Source of the DNA: Marsupella aquatica
Lineage: Eukaryota; Plantae; Marchantiophyta
Direction: 5' to 3'
Length of the DNA: 64,000 bases
NCBI GenBank assembly: GCA_973895155.1
Contig: OZ316891.1
Span: forward strand, 7,061,808 to 7,125,807
Shown: piece by piece, positions 1 through 14,380 of the stretch
Numbering within the stretch: the first letter of the stretch is position 1
Layout: the number at the start of each line of letters is the position of its first letter
Position numbers and translations under genes: made by a program
The notes under the pieces: model-generated
Database searches by the model: none
What the model was told of the DNA's origin: nothing
What the model saw: the letters and a program-made list of their open reading frames with translations, nothing else

Positions 1-1704
1 GATGATGAGAACTCGAAAGAAGTGGGCGGTTCAAATACGGGAATCCGAATTAAGTGGAGGCGAAGGCTACAGAAGAACTTTTACAACTCTGTTCGACTGG
101 TTTGGGTGATTCTTCTTGTCAGAGTTTTGTAACGCGCGATTGAGTAGATTTCTTATGGAGATTTTTAAGAAACAGAGAGTAAATTTTGAAGAAATCTTGT
201 TCTGTAATGATGACGATTAGTTATTCTGCTTGCTTCTTTATAGTTTAAGATTTAGTTTAGCTTAACTTTTCCGGATGATCAGTAAGATCAGGGCTTCATT
301 TCTGGTGGCTCACCTGTTTGAGAAGGCAAGCTTGCATTGCACTCTTCCGCACGGTTACGTCTGCATGAAAGTTATAAATGCTTGCTCTACCAACAGGTCA
401 GAATTGCGCGCCACTGTGGTTCATTCTAGGATCTTCCCAGCTTATTCGGTTCAGGTTTTACCAACGGGAATTTGGAAAAGGAAATTACGAACAAAAAAAT
501 CCACATTCGCATTCTACAGAGAATACTACGGAGAAATCTCCTATTCTATACGAATTCTTGCTGGCACAATTCTACTATTGTCCAACTCTGGTATCTGCCA
601 TTTGCTGAGATATGCTTCTAGATCATTGAAGACCACCAGCTACTGGAGACAAGTGAAGGAAACAATTGATAATTCGAATTCTTTTGATTGGCTCAGAAAC
701 ATGGTTCCCTTGGATCTCCCTCTCTCCTGAGCTTGGATTCACTTCGATCTATTATTTTTCCCGGTTCGTCGCATCTTCACCTCTTCGCTCACTTGAAAGT
801 TCATAGTCTGCAAAGTTTGTGGCTCACTTGAGGAATGACATGATTGACCAATCTGACTCACTGAGAAAGAGGTATTGGCATGCTCATCCTCTGTTTCACT
901 CTTCCAAGTATTAGACGCGGGTTCTATAACATCCACGGCCTCGCAGAGTAGAAATCATCTTTTCTAAACGACAGGACGCATATAACCCCAAAAACTGTGC
1001 CTAACAGCAGCTAGCTCACTTATTTTGAAGAATCACCTCTCCATACACATCATTTGAATGAACTATTCACACAGGCTGCATGTTGTTGCAACCCAAGAAC
1101 CAGCTCAACATTCCTGAACGTAAGTAGGAAGGAGCTGACCCACGACTGTATGGATGTGAGAGTTCTGTTTGTCTTAGAGCACACGAAGATGGGCCATCTC
1201 AGCTGTCAACGGCCTCCACACTTCTACGAATGCAATAAGAAATTTTCCTCTGGTCCGACAATCAAATGCCACCATCAAGGTGAGTCTCCTTTGATCCGAA
1301 CTTCTATTAGGTCGACCAAGTCGCTTTCAGATATAGTTGGAATCTGGTTGGAATCCATGTGAAATCAACAGATATATCAATCTTCTGTGAGGACAAGTAC
1401 ATGCCATGCTAAGGAAATTCAACTCATGATTGCCCTAAGATTCCGCATCCCAATGTACAGAATATGGAGAACTTCAGTCCAGCATAACGAGTTCTCCGGA
1501 CATAGTCCCACAATGATATAAACAAAATGATCCCTTCTAAGCAAGGCAGATCAAATCTTGGATACGAAGATTTTCGAGCCTTTTTCTGGGGATCTCCTCT
1601 CAGCCAGAAACTCAGTCCCACTTCACACTAAGTAGCGAAACAGGGTCCTTTGTGCGTACGATTGTGAGATGCACGATCAAATGTATCGGTTAGGACCATT
1701 CCAG

Positions 1705-3543
1705 CTATTCATCCGCCATAGCTAGCTCAAGGGCATAGTCGTCATTTTCCTACACCAAAGAGAAACAAAAGATTAACGGTTGTGGTATAGATAATAAGTA
1801 ATGACGTGCAGAAATATGACATCCGTTACGTCAGTACTGCAAACGGACAAGAGCAGACGACAATCATTGAGCATAAACTTACGATTGGACCCCTTGCAAA
1901 ATATTGACCGAATTGCAGCCAGTAGACCTGCAATACGCAAGTCAGCAGGGTCAGAAGAGCTTTCCCATGATTTCCTTCATAGATTTAAAAACAGAACAAT
2001 TCCTCAAAACAGAAACTCCTACTTACACTATTGTTTGCATTCAAATTCTTGTATAAGGCAGGAAGAGTCACTAAAGATTAACTAGATGACCATAAGGTGC
2101 ACCATCATTCTCAAGGAAGGCCAGGAAATTCTACCTCGTCTTCATCTTGAGTTTCAACTTCCAGATCAGAAAGTGCATAGCCTACACATAGGAGTCCATA
2201 ACCCTGGAGTTCCGAATAAGAAAAAGGACAGGCAGTTAGTGCCCTCTACCACCACAGAAGCTTAAAAGCAAGCACGTTATCAGGTGGTCTACAATGCCAC
2301 ATTGGCGATCCGGCCTTCCTTCAAGGACTATGAGAGCGGCTGTGCAATTCGACATCAAGACAAGACTGACTAAAAAGCCAACATCCCTTCAGTCCAAGTA
2401 TGTGCAATATGTCTCGCCGGATGGCCTTCAATGTAATGTCTACAACAGGAAAATGTCCTTGACTATCATAGTTCCAATTAGTGCTACGAATTGCGGTATT
2501 TGATCGAATACTGAGAAATTCATCTATGTTGTCGGTCTCAAAATATACCAGCTCAGTTCTGGGGATCGCTAAATCAAAGTAAATTAGTGGGGAAACTTGA
2601 TGTCCTGTTAGGGTTTGATAATATACCTTTCCCGTACACTTGCATGAAAAATATTCATAATAGTTCATCTACGTACCTGGGCCTTGAGTTCAGCAGATAT
2701 ACCAAGAGCTTCAGGCTGGTACAATTGTCCCGACTTTACTCGCACCGCACATGCCGTGCAGCATCCTGCACAATTATCATGAGGTTAAGTCAACCCTCGA
2801 ATTCTCATCATGGAACAACTATGACCTCCAAGAACCACTCTGTCAGATCAAATAGATCTACTTTAGATGAGAAAAAACAGCAAGAACTTTTGAAAGTATG
2901 TGCCAGAGTGGGTAGAAAGCTGTTCACCATGTCTGCAAGAGAATGGCAACTCTATTTTTTGATCCTCTCCTGTGTGGAGGATATACTGGTCCTGCTCACA
3001 CACCAAGGAATTACAATCTCCGCTAAGGGTCCAGAATGAGGAGAGCTCTCATCACATGGATAGGACCCACTAACCGAAAGAGTCACAAAGAGTCAGGATG
3101 ATAACAAACCATGCCTTGCAAAAGCTTCACTCTGACTCTGACTAATCTTTCGGTCTCAGCTTCAGGGTTGCCATCACATTGCGGACCTCAACAACTCTGA
3201 CAATCGTCTCCTCTCAACAATTGGGTCCCACAAAAGAAGCTAAAACATTCATGCACCATTCGGAAGAAGATTGAAAATGAGCAGAGGGGAGGAAATCGTA
3301 GAGCACCTCGGGCACAGAGAATTGATGGGTGATGCCGCGTTGCCGATCAACAACAGTGACAGAGTGCATTGGCGACACCGGCGAGCTCTGCAAAGGAGGC
3401 TCTGCTACTAGCACGCCCGTGGATTGTGGAGCTCCGTTGCTGGCTTGCCCAGCACCCCCACCGTTCATGGATGAGGAGCTGCTGCTGCAGCTCACGACTG
3501 GCCTCACCACTGGAGGCCAACAGTAGACAACCGCCATAGCCAT
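1705..3543 (-). CDS. FdC2: Ferredoxin C2 (chloroplast 2Fe-2S ferredoxin with C-terminal extension), 6 exons, ~182 aa
   Basis: Spliced by eye, all GT-AG: exons 3543-3307, 2991-2928, 2765-2677, 2203-2135, 1927-1883, 1749-1705 (549 nt). Protein: Ser-rich transit peptide, then HSVTVVDRQRGITHQFSVPEDQYILHTGEDQKIELPFSCRHGCCTACAVRVKSGQLYQPEALGISAELKAQGYGLLCVGYALSDLEVETQDEDEVYWLQFGQYFARGPIENDDYALELAMADE*. It has the 2Fe-2S Cys motif and the FdC2-type tail. Confidence 0.96.
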
Positions 3544-4588
3544 AGCTGTGTGGCCCTCCCACTCTTGATTATCGCTGAATACTATCTTGTAAAAATCCCT
3601 GATTGAATGGGAGTGAGTCCAGAGCTGCTTCGCCCTCCTAGGAAGATGCCGCGATTTGCAGCATCACAGTCTCTATTACAACTTGGACAATTTAGACCAC
3701 TGAAAAACGCTTCAAGAAATTGTTGCTTTTTCTGTTTCCTCTCGCCCACAGTCAACTTATGTCTCTGCTCGAGCTCGCCTGAAACAAATTTCAGCCAACA
3801 CGAGAGGCCCACCTTCGGAAACTCAGATCATAGAATCTGGGTTGTCTGCCTAGACGTGCTGCCGAGTGAATACCGATATACACAAAACCCCCCAATAAAT
3901 CTTGACATCATGCCATATCCTCTGTCACTCTCCTCGCTCACTGTAGTTGGACGGATTTGGATACGGTGTTTATCTCTCTATCTGACGTCAGGTTCGTCCT
4001 GAAATAAATCATTATTGAAAATTTCAGTCTAGGAACAAAATTTTAAGTGTATTTGTGAAACTTTTACAATGCAAATGTTAGTACTAAAAACTTTTTTTTT
4101 TACAAAGCGTTGAGTGACATATCAGTGCATACATTGTTTCCAAAGTTAAAACATGAAATCCAGATAGATTACTGGTGCCAATAGTGAGAACCCTCAAGCT
4201 TTGCTTGTAGATAGATGATAGGCGCCATCATTTGTGTTTCATTCCATTTGTGCATAAGTTCTGCACCCAGAGTTATGGTCTTGAGGCTTCATTCTGAACC
4301 ACAGTCCCTTGTTCTAGTTTTTTATCAGGCTTTATTAGACTAGCCTAAATCTCTTAGCTTGGCTGATAAACAGATCAAGAGTATGATTGTGCTTCCCAAT
4401 TCTACCCCAAACCATTGGGGTGCCCCAAAGTCACCGTCTACCAAGTTCACTCTACAGCATAGCCTTTGTCTTAACTTTCTATAGGGGTTTCTTAGATAGA
4501 CTAGCCCAATTACCTATTCCTTGAACAGAAACAGAGGCTAAAACAAAAAAGGACATGTCAAACAGAATTTCCTGGCTGTTTCCGTTTA

Positions 4589-4610
4589 TCCCCCCCCCCC
4601 CCCCCCCCCC
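4589..4610. repeat. Poly-C homopolymer (~22 nt)
   Basis: Directly visible C run. Confidence 0.9.
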
Positions 4611-4639
4611 ACCTCTCTCTTCTTATGCCCTTAGTTAGA

Positions 4640-5385
4640 GTCACGGCCTAGAGTCTTCATTCTAACTCTAGACAGTGGGCATGGGACTAACTTTGATTGG
4701 GATTATATACTTATCCATACATAGAATAGATTGGACTCAAATTTTAAGGGTAAAAACTTTTGATTGGGATTATATACTTATTGATACATAGAATAGATTG
4801 GACTCAAAATTTTAAGGGTAAAAACTTTTGATTGGGATTATATACTTATCGATACATAGAATAGATTGGACTCAAAATTTTAAGGGTAAAACTTTTGATT
4901 GGGATTATCTACAACTATAATAAGGGATCCTGCATTTTTTTTGTCCTTCAAATGTCCCAATACAAAAGAGCTCCTGAGCGGGAAAGATCCACAGCCATTG
5001 GATCCGTTTGGCTGTTTTCTCTGACCATGGATGGAGGAAATGGGCACCCCTGGTGCATATGTGCTTCCCCACCTACCCTGCCCAATAAATGTCCCAGCCC
5101 GACTCCCTATGGACCAGCCCTCTTTGCGCCATGCAACGCAAGGGCATAGGGCTTGTATACTTAAAATTGGACTCAAATTTTAAGGATAAAATAACGGCCT
5201 AGAGTCTTCATTCTAACTCTAGATAGTAGGCCCTGGGACAAACTTTGATTAGGATCATATACTTATCGATACATAGAATAGATCGGACTCAAATTTTAAG
5301 GGTAATAACTTTTGATTGGGACTATATACTTATAGAAATAGAAACATAGAATAGATTGGACTCAAATTTGAAGGATAAAAATATC
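4640..5385. repeat. ~62-bp AT-rich tandem repeat, present as two related blocks
   Basis: Unit ~ aactttgattgggattatatacttatcgatacatagaatagattggactcaaaattttaagggtaa. About 3.5 copies at 4690-4910 and about 2 more at 5240-5380. Each block is preceded by acggcctagagtcttcattctaactctaga (4642, 5194). Confidence 0.9.
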
Positions 5386-5694
5386 AAAACCGCCATTATC
5401 CAACATCCATATAAAAGCAAGAAACGCCAAAGCACACGCCCCTCGTTCTATCTACCCCACCTTACCTTCTATGGTTAGAAACCTGGTGCATCGTCACCTC
5501 ATTCTCTCTAAGCTTTGCTTACAGTCAGTCTATGGTCGCTTGCTTACGGTCTATGGTTAGAAACCTGGTGAATCCATGGTTTTAGAGATGGTTTTAGCAC
5601 TCTTTGCCTGTGGTGAACAGACTGTTCTGCAATGAAGAGTAGCACCAGAGACTCCTCCGATCCTCCCTGCTAGTCCTGTAGGGAGGCAACAACC

Positions 5695-8600
5695 ATGGTG
5701 TCTGTAAGACTCACTCGTTGCTCGCTTGTGAAGCCCACTCCGGCAGTGCTCGCTGGGAGCCCATCTCCTTCGCCATTGCCATTCTCTTTGACACTGCCCA
5801 ATGCAGCTGCTCGCCTTTGCAGTATTAACAGAACAATGGCTTCTTCGGTGTCCTCCCAGCTCCTCCACTGCAGAATCGCTCCCGGCTGCTGCTGCCCATC
5901 TCTCCCCTTCTCGTCCCTCGGCTCCCCTTCTCTGCTGCCTCCATCCCCGGTCAGCAGGCTTCGACAATTGGCGAGGAGAAGCGCTTTTCTATGCGGCAAG
6001 GGCAGACTGACTGGTGCAGCAAGTGGGATTCACAGCTCAAACAATGTGGCAATTCCCCGGCCTTACGTGTCAGGTGAGTTCTCTCTATGACTCGTATGCG
6101 GGTTGTCAATTTCATGGAATTTTCAAGGATATCCAACCAATTCCTGTTGTCTCATTATTGGAACTATTGCAAGAGCTGACATAGACAATTCACGTTGGAA
6201 TCAGCGTCAGCAACAGCAGGAGATGCTCCAGCGGTGAAGGAGCTGTCCAAGACTTTTGACTTCGCCTCGGAAGAGCGGCTGTACAGTTGGTACTTTTCTC
6301 AACGGATGGTGGATGTGATTAGAAGCTATGTTTCTTAGTGTCGAATTCAAGGAACTTTAGGCATTCAATTTGACAACTGCTGGGAAGAACTTGGTGTCTC
6401 TGAATGCATATATTTGACAAGGAGATAGAGAATGGTGATTTGGGCAAATGAGATGATATGGGCCTTGCTCAGGTGGGAATCTGAAGGCCATTTCAAGCCT
6501 AATACGGAGAAGGAAGGAAAACCATTCGTCATGGCAATGCCTCCACCCAATGTCACTGGGGCTCTGCACATGGGCCATGCTATGTTTGTGACTCTTGAGG
6601 TAAGCTCAATGTATCCTGCTGCTGTTAAAGACCCTCAGGTTCTGAAATGACTGTACTTGTTTCAAGCTTTTTTTTAACCTGCCATTGGAATTGTGGGGTG
6701 TGTGTGGTGCACTGACATTTTCTCCGTTGATGTCAAAGGATATTATGACGCGGCATTGGCGGATGCGTGGCCGCCCTTCTCTGTGGGTGCCAGGTACAGA
6801 TCATGCAGGTATAGCCACGCAGGTACACTCCCTTATCATGAGGGTTAGCCCTTTCTGTAATGCGTCGTACATAACACTGTGCTGTAAGTATCCTTTGCAA
6901 GAAGATTTGGTCAAGATTTAGATTATCGCATCATTCATTGTTTTTAGTAGCCCTATTCTCGACAGGACGTTGATCACTTCTACCTGCTTGCAGCTGGTGG
7001 TCGAGAAATTGTTGGCTTCCCAGGGTGTGAAACGTGCAGATCTTGGTCGAGAGGAATTTACTAAACGAGTTTGGGAGTGGAAGCACAAGTAGGTGATCTT
7101 CTTTAAACTTCATAAGAGATTGGAAGATATTTCCAGTGTACCTGAGCAACGTCTCTTTAAATCCATAGTAGGGGCATTCGACTCTTGGAGTACCTACAGA
7201 TGATGCCATACAGGGAAACATCACATGGAGAATTATTTGTTGGGGTTTCCCTAATCATCTCTCTTTCATGGATCCTGGTCTCAGCTCTTTCATTCTTTAA
7301 TTCCTTCCTCCCAATCTCGAACAAGCACAACATCGAGCCTGGACAGGGTAGATTATGCTTTGTGATGGTGTCGAATGGAATTTAGTATGTTTTCCTCAGA
7401 GCCGACAAAGTCAAGCTTCCAGCTGGAGTAACTAAAGTGGTAATTCGGATCTAGGTACGGTGGTACAATTACCAATCAAATGCGACGGCTGGGTGCATCC
7501 TGCGACTGGGAAAGAGAGCATTTTACGCTTGACGATCAATTAAGCAGTTCGTGATCTTACCTTTTCGGACAATCATGTTTTCCTTGAGAATTTAATAGAT
7601 TCCGATGCTTGTCTTATGCTTTAAGTCAGTAAAGAGGGAATTTTGAAAAATTCAGACGTTGTTGGGCAACTGTTTGCAGAAGCTGTGGTGGAGGCTTTTG
7701 TTCGTCTACATGAGAAAGGTCTCATTTACCGTGGTATGATCTTCGTTTAGTCTTTTGTCTCCCTGACCACAAGGTTGTGTCAGCGCTGATCTTGGGAAAG
7801 TATCTGATGACATTCACTTTAAAGTCAAAAAGTTTGACCGTTTGGTAGACCCTATTGGCTTTCCATTCCACTTCTTCTCTGCAATTGTCTGTACTTGACA
7901 ATTTTATATTGTGCAGACCTTTTTCTTATCAGTATATCTGGGCACATTGTTCCACTTGTTCATTATCTGACCAGTTGGGATGTTTTCTCCGGCTTCCACA
8001 GGGAGTTACATGGTCAATTGGTCTCCAAATCTCCAAACAGCTGTCTCCGACTTGGTGGGTTTTGTTTTCCATGAGTGAATTAGAATTATATTCGAGTAGT
8101 TCAAAACTATATCTCACTCTAATTACTGGAATTACCATCCTCTGGGTTTATGACAGGGTCGTAGTGATGTCATGCTAAGGTTCTTCCTTTCAATTAACTA
8201 TTCATCTTCTGTATGACAGCACCAAGCTGGGTTCCCAACTGTTTGCTCTGCATGTAAGTTTTTGAGATTCTGCCATGCCAAACGCAGGAAGTAGAGTACT
8301 CTGAGGAGCCGGGAACTCTCTTTTACTTCAAGTACCCTGTTGCTGATGGAACCACGTATATTCCGATCACCTTCCTTTTTGTATGAACTTCTTCCAGTCA
8401 TCAAGGTCCGGGTCTAACTGGTGATCATCAAGGTCTTCCTGAATGATCTTTGAATTTGGTTTTCTCGTGCCTTGCTGTGGTCAAGCTCAGAGTGTTGGGC
8501 TTTGACAGTGCAGGTAAATTAAGAGTTGGGCTTTTGCTGCATGCAGAGAGGATTATCTACCTGTAGCCACGACGAGGCCTGAGACAGTGCTAGGTGATAC

Positions 8601-11600
8601 AGCTGTTGCCGTCCACCCCCAGGTAAGCTATTTCTTTCTCGAAGTAATATAGTAGGCGGGGGCAGTCTATAGCATTTGGACCGGTGGAATTTGATAGCTT
8701 TCATCCGTTCTAGGTGCTTTTCCGATACTACCAGCACAATTTAGAACCAGCAATGCCGCGGTTTTATCAAATCTTGTATCATTTCCAATGATGTACAGAC
8801 TCTTGGATTTCTTAGAATGGCACCGTGACAGGAAAAACTCTATTTGCTAAGTTGGGTTGTCGCTACACAGGATGAACGGTATTCCAAATACGTTGGCAAG
8901 ACGGCAGTGGTTCCCATGAGCGGCGGCAGGAAAATTCCTATTATTGCAGATGAGGTATGCTACCACATAATGCATTGACTAGCTCAAACAATATTGCCAT
9001 TCAATGAATATTCAGGATTCTTTAGTATGAGATTTCCCTCAAAAACCGCCTGGCAGAAAAGGAGATCGTGGGGACTAGGATATCAGTTCAATGCTCAGCA
9101 GATCCTTGAGTTGCATGCATATTCCTTTGGTGTGGTTGATTTTCTGAAATATATACAAGGTCAAAGTTTTTGTTACTTCCATGATAATATATTTCGGGTA
9201 CAAATGATTCTACCTTCAAGATAGTGCCAATATTTATGTTTTGTGGACGTTATTTAGTTGAGTCTTCTAAGTCACTTAGTGACTCTGTCAAACTGGAAAA
9301 AACTTTAACCAACTCGACTGCTCAATCGGTTACAGTATGTGGACAGAGAATTTGGAACTGGTGCGCTGAAGATTACACCTGGGCATGACCCCAATGATTA
9401 TGCCATCGGGCAGAAAGTTGGCCTGCCTGTGATTAATATTCTCAACAAAGATGGCACTCTAAACGAGAATGCTGGAGATTATAGGTACTGCTTCTTCACT
9501 GTCAGATATTCTTGGAGAAAGGGCACCAGAAGTGAGACCAAGTTTGGCATTTACCAAGAAGCTTTTGAGGAATGATTGTTCTTTAACTCCGTTGTATACA
9601 TATCCTGCTTTTGTGTGACTGTTTGACCAGGCTGGTATATCATTCGTGAACTACTTTGTGATGGACAGGGGTCTAGATCGTTTCGTAGCCCGTAAGCAGT
9701 TATGGGAGGATTTGGAAAAGATAGGGCTTGCAATAAAGAAAGAGTCTCGTACGCAACGCGTTCCTCGGTCTCAGAGAGGCGGAGAGGTTAGTATATCAGC
9801 AGTGTCGTGCCTATCAAGCAAAGGTAGCAATAATGAATAAGGACAATGGAACATGATGGTTCAGCCATGCCAAACTCACGACTAAAACCTCATAAATTAG
9901 TCAGCTAAAATGTATACCATTGTCACCTCCCATACATCATTTTGAAGTTGGGGTTATGAGATTTACGTGCCCTCGGCACCCTTGAAGGTTATGAATATGC
10001 TTTCCTTGCACTTGCCCTTTCTTATTGATATTTGATTCTTGTGCGGCCTATTTTTGACAACTTTTCGTCTGGATGTTGAGGGCAGGTTATTGAACCTCTT
10101 GTTAGCAAGCAATGGTTTGTTACAATGGAACCTTTAGCCCAAAAGGGTCTAGAGGCAGTGGAAAATGGAGACCTTAAGATTATTCCTGAGAGATTTGAGA
10201 AGGTAGGGAAAAACTGTCTTACTGCCAAATGACGATCTGATCAATATTTGGATTTGTCGGAGTCCTCTCCTTTGTGCAGGGACTGTTGCCAAGCCTGGAG
10301 ATCGATCTAATCTCTTAGTTTTTCTGATCGTTTTGACAGTAGATCTATAATCAATGGTTGACCAACATCAAAGATTGGTGTATCAGCCGACAGCTGTGGT
10401 GGGGTCACCGGATTCCAGTATGGTACGTCAGGGGAGTGGAGGGAGCTGAAGAAGAGTATATTGTTGCTCGAAGCGAAGAAAGTGCCTATGTTAGGGCACG
10501 ATCAATGTATGGAGATACAGTGAAACTCGAACAGGATCCAGATGTGCTCGATACATGGTTTTCAAGGTCAACCCCTACCTTCTGTTTGGATGAATGAATT
10601 GAGTCTTGGCAAATTCTGTTAATGCAAAAGTCCTCCACGACGGACTAGTGTCTTATTTGCGGTATTTTAATTGATGCAATATGGTTCCGAGTGCTGAAAG
10701 TTCTTAAGCGTTGAGTGTTGTCATTTCAAGTAGTATCTGGTGGCCCACTAACACTGCGTTCATTTGGATGATCAGTGGACTGTGGCCCTTCAGCACTTTG
10801 GGTTGGCCAGATACTTCAGATGAGGATTTACGGCGCTTCTACCCAACAACTGTGTTGGAAACTGGGTATGTGCCATTCAGATCAATTCAAGATTCGAAAC
10901 AAAAGCATAACTTGTGCTATGTGACGGAGATGGCAGGTTCTTTTGCTGGTCCAGAAAGTAGAGACCAACCACCGCTTCTGATATTCCCTGGCATAAGTTC
11001 ATTTTCGCCAGCAAGGAAATTAGATCCTCCAAAGAGAGGATTCCATTTGTTGATCTTCTTGATCAAGCGCTGTTGTACTGAGTCGTTCACTGCTTGGGGT
11101 TGGCAGACATGACATATTGTTCTTCTGGGTAGCAAGAATGGTGATGCTCGGCATTGAATTTACGGGGAAGTCACCATTTTCCACTGTATATCTCCATGGT
11201 CTTGTCCGGGATAGTCAGGTAATTCTAATTAAAATCCTTAGCGCACTCTCCTTAGAACCTGCAGGACAGTGGGCTGTCTGATAATTTTCTGTCTTTGGGT
11301 CTTGAAATGAAGATTTATTGCAGTCGGTTGGATTTGACTACATCTTATTCGCTGTAAGTGGTTGTATCTTGTAGGGACGAAAGATGTCAAAGACTCTGGG
11401 AAATGTGATAGATCCTCTTGAGACAATCCAAGATTATGGTGCAGATGCGTTACGCTTCACTCTAGCCACTGGCACCACTCCTGGACAGGTTTTTCTTTGT
11501 GAGCTTACTCAAAGTCTTATAGTACTTCAATAAAAAATTAAGAAGTTAACTTACTTATCAATTACTATGCATAAACAAAATCAACTTGTCTAAGCAGGTG

Positions 11601-14380
11601 TGAACCCGTTGCCGCAAGCTCAAATATTTCCACTCGAAACGCTCCCATATTTATTGTTGCAATGTGTAGGATGTGAATCTTTCCATGGAAAGACTAAATG
11701 CAAACAAGGCATTCACAAACAAGCTGTGGAACGCCGGCAAATTTATATTGCTAAATCTTCCCGCTCCTTCAGATGCAGATGCATGGAATGGTGTCATTTT
11801 CAACAAGGTAATCCAATGGAACCAAAATTCTGCATGGGTGGCAGTAAATTACAAAAAACATATTTTCCAAACTATGTCTGATTCATGCTCGAAGTTTTTG
11901 ACAGGCTAATTATTACTTAAACGGCAGACATTAAAGTAGATCTTCGCTAGGAACATGCATGCCTACAGTTTCATTTTATTTTTTCTTATAGGCATGACAA
12001 GGGCTTGCTCTTGTTGCACTTGATGGGCTTCGATATATCTAGTCTTAACTCCCAATATTTCATGCACTGGAACATCCGGAAGTGCCTTAATAGTGGTAAT
12101 CATTATTGGCTCTCATGAATTATTATTATTTCGCCTGAATATTACTCTGACAAGCTGCGACTTTGTCTTCTCAGTTTGATGATGAAAGTTTTCTGCGCAG
12201 CATGCCTCTTCCAGAACGATGGGTGGTGAGTTTCTCACGCGTGCATTTCAGTAACTCTTCCTTCTGAATAGCTGGTGCTCATTGGACTTCCATCTGTTCT
12301 TTCAATGCTTCCCCGTGCCCCAGATGCACTCTGCTTTGGAGATGTATGTCGATTTATCTTCATCTTGTGCTGTTCAGCCGTACGAGATATGCACAGCTAG
12401 GCTTGGGTTTATATATCGTTGGACATCTTTGTCATATCTTCTGTTCTGTAATTTCTTCTTATAGATTCTCTTGATGGCAGGTGACAAAGCTTCACCTACT
12501 CATTGATTCTGTGACAGCAAGCTATGAGAGATTTGATTTCAATGAAGGGGGACGAGCTATATATGATTTTTTCTGGAATGACTTCGCTGACTGGTATGTT
12601 GTCGTTATCCAGTGCAAGCCCTGAATTGGTTATCATGAAGTTGCAGAATTGCAGTAGGATTGCTTGATGGTCTGCCCCTGCAATTAAATGCACTGGCAGT
12701 GAAATGTAACTTTAAATTGTGGATTGTCAACATTCATCTGAGCAACTGCTACTACATTTTGCCTTGTTTGTTTGTGACTGTGCGTTACGACTCGCAGGTA
12801 TATTGAAGCAAGCAAAACCCGTCTTTATAAGAATGAAGATCAGACTACTAGAGTTTGTGCACAGCGCACATTGGTTTACGTTTTTGACAGCATACTGAAA
12901 CTTCTGCACCCATATATGCCTTTTGTTACAGAAGAGCTTTGGCAGGTGAGCAAACCTGACAGCTGAATTCTTTAAAGTTGTCGCAGTTTATGTTCTTTTT
13001 CTCTTAACTTTAACTGGTAAAACCTGTAAATCAAGTCCTTTGGACTTCAATTCATTCTTCGGCTCCCTTGGAAATGAACTCTTTTATCAACTGGAAGATA
13101 AAACTTGAGCGTTTTGGACTGTTTTATTGGCCCTCGGGATCTCTGAAGATGTCCGTTGTGAAGATTTTTGTAAGTTTCTCAGCAATGAAATGTTAAAAGA
13201 TTCCCTTTCGTGCAGGGAATGCCACATGAAGGCAAGGCACTGATTGTCTCGAGCTGGCCTGAACAAGGGCTTCCTAAAGACACGCAAGCTTTGCAGCAAT
13301 TTGAGGATATGCAGACCCTGGTTAGTAGCCTTCACGTGCACCATGGGTATTTGAATATTTCGAGGGTCGTTATTCTGGACGTGATATGTGTCTTGAGGAA
13401 TTTGGTGCAATAAGCTCCAGTGGTTGTTCTACTGACAGATTAGGGCGATAAGAAATGCTCGAGCAGAGTATTCTGTAGAGCCAGCCAGGCGAATCACGGC
13501 GATAATAGTTGCCAACTCTGACTATAAAGATTACCTCTGTGTAAGTTGACGGATCCTTTGATGCTATTTAATTAATATCATAGTACCATTGAGTTTTCAA
13601 ATTTTGTTAGCCCATTAGTCTTAGATTATTAGATCAGGGTGTCGGAATGGTTTTAATTCTGGCTGGAACACACTTGACGTTCAGGAAGAGAAAAGTGTTA
13701 TGGTGGCTCTTTGCAAGCTAGATCCTGCCAGCCTGTGCATCACGGCCAACACACCCAGTAGGTTTGGTGATTTCATGGGATTTACATGGTTTCATTGTTC
13801 TGGCAAGCACTCTGTAGTAATTCCATTAGCTTATTAATTAGATGGTTACTGGTAAATTGGTTTTGAGACAATATGCTTCGGGCAATTCTGTAAGAAATCG
13901 GGCTACATCTACAATGCAGATGATACAGATCAAGCAGTGCAGCTGGTTGTTGCTGAAGGTCTCAAAGCCTACCTTCCTCTAGCTGGCTTGGTGGACATAG
14001 GCAAAGAAGTTGAGCGATTAACAAAGCAGGCAACTAAGTTGCAGTCGGAGTATGATGGAAATATGAAGAGGCTTTCTTCCTCTAAGGTGTGAATCTTGTT
14101 TGTTGAACGTGTTTGGTTACTATTTGTCTAGTTTGTATCACAACCTCCTGGCAGTCTTCAACTAGGGATTGTCTCCAAAGTCAGGTTCTAGTTTACCATT
14201 GTTTGAAATATATATCTGACAGAAGTTTCTTTGTTATGTTGAATTCAGTTTGTTGATAAGGCTCCTCCTGACGTAGTACAAGGTGTAAGGGACAAGACAA
14301 CCGAAGCCGAAGAAAAGCTGCTCATTATAAGAAAACGACTTTCCCTTTTGGAATCAATGGCTGTCAGCAGCAGCAGTTAA
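5695..14380 (+). CDS. valS: Valine--tRNA ligase, organellar (chloroplast/mitochondrial, bacterial-type ValRS2/EMB2247-like), ~27 exons
   Basis: Approximate exons: 5695-6073, 6205-6289, 6473-6599, 6739-6822, 6994-7088, 7455-7546, 7680-7733, 8001-8053, 8288-8354, 8546-8622, 8871-8954, 9336-9484, 9669-9786, 10085-10202, 10343-10565, 10775-10865, 11107-11218, 11375-11488, 11670-11807, 12175-12225, 12481-12593, 12798-12944, 13216-13320, 13439-13540, 13685-13757, 13920-14085, 14249-14380. Motifs: [13 protein letters not shown] (HIGH), [60 protein letters not shown] (KMSKS), NKLWNA. Long Ser/Pro-rich N-terminal targeting peptide. Confidence 0.97.

Noticed and set aside
275-1621. Several 60-150 aa ORFs at the window start
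   Set aside because: No recognisable motifs or consistent exon chain; probably FdC2 3' region or intergenic DNA.
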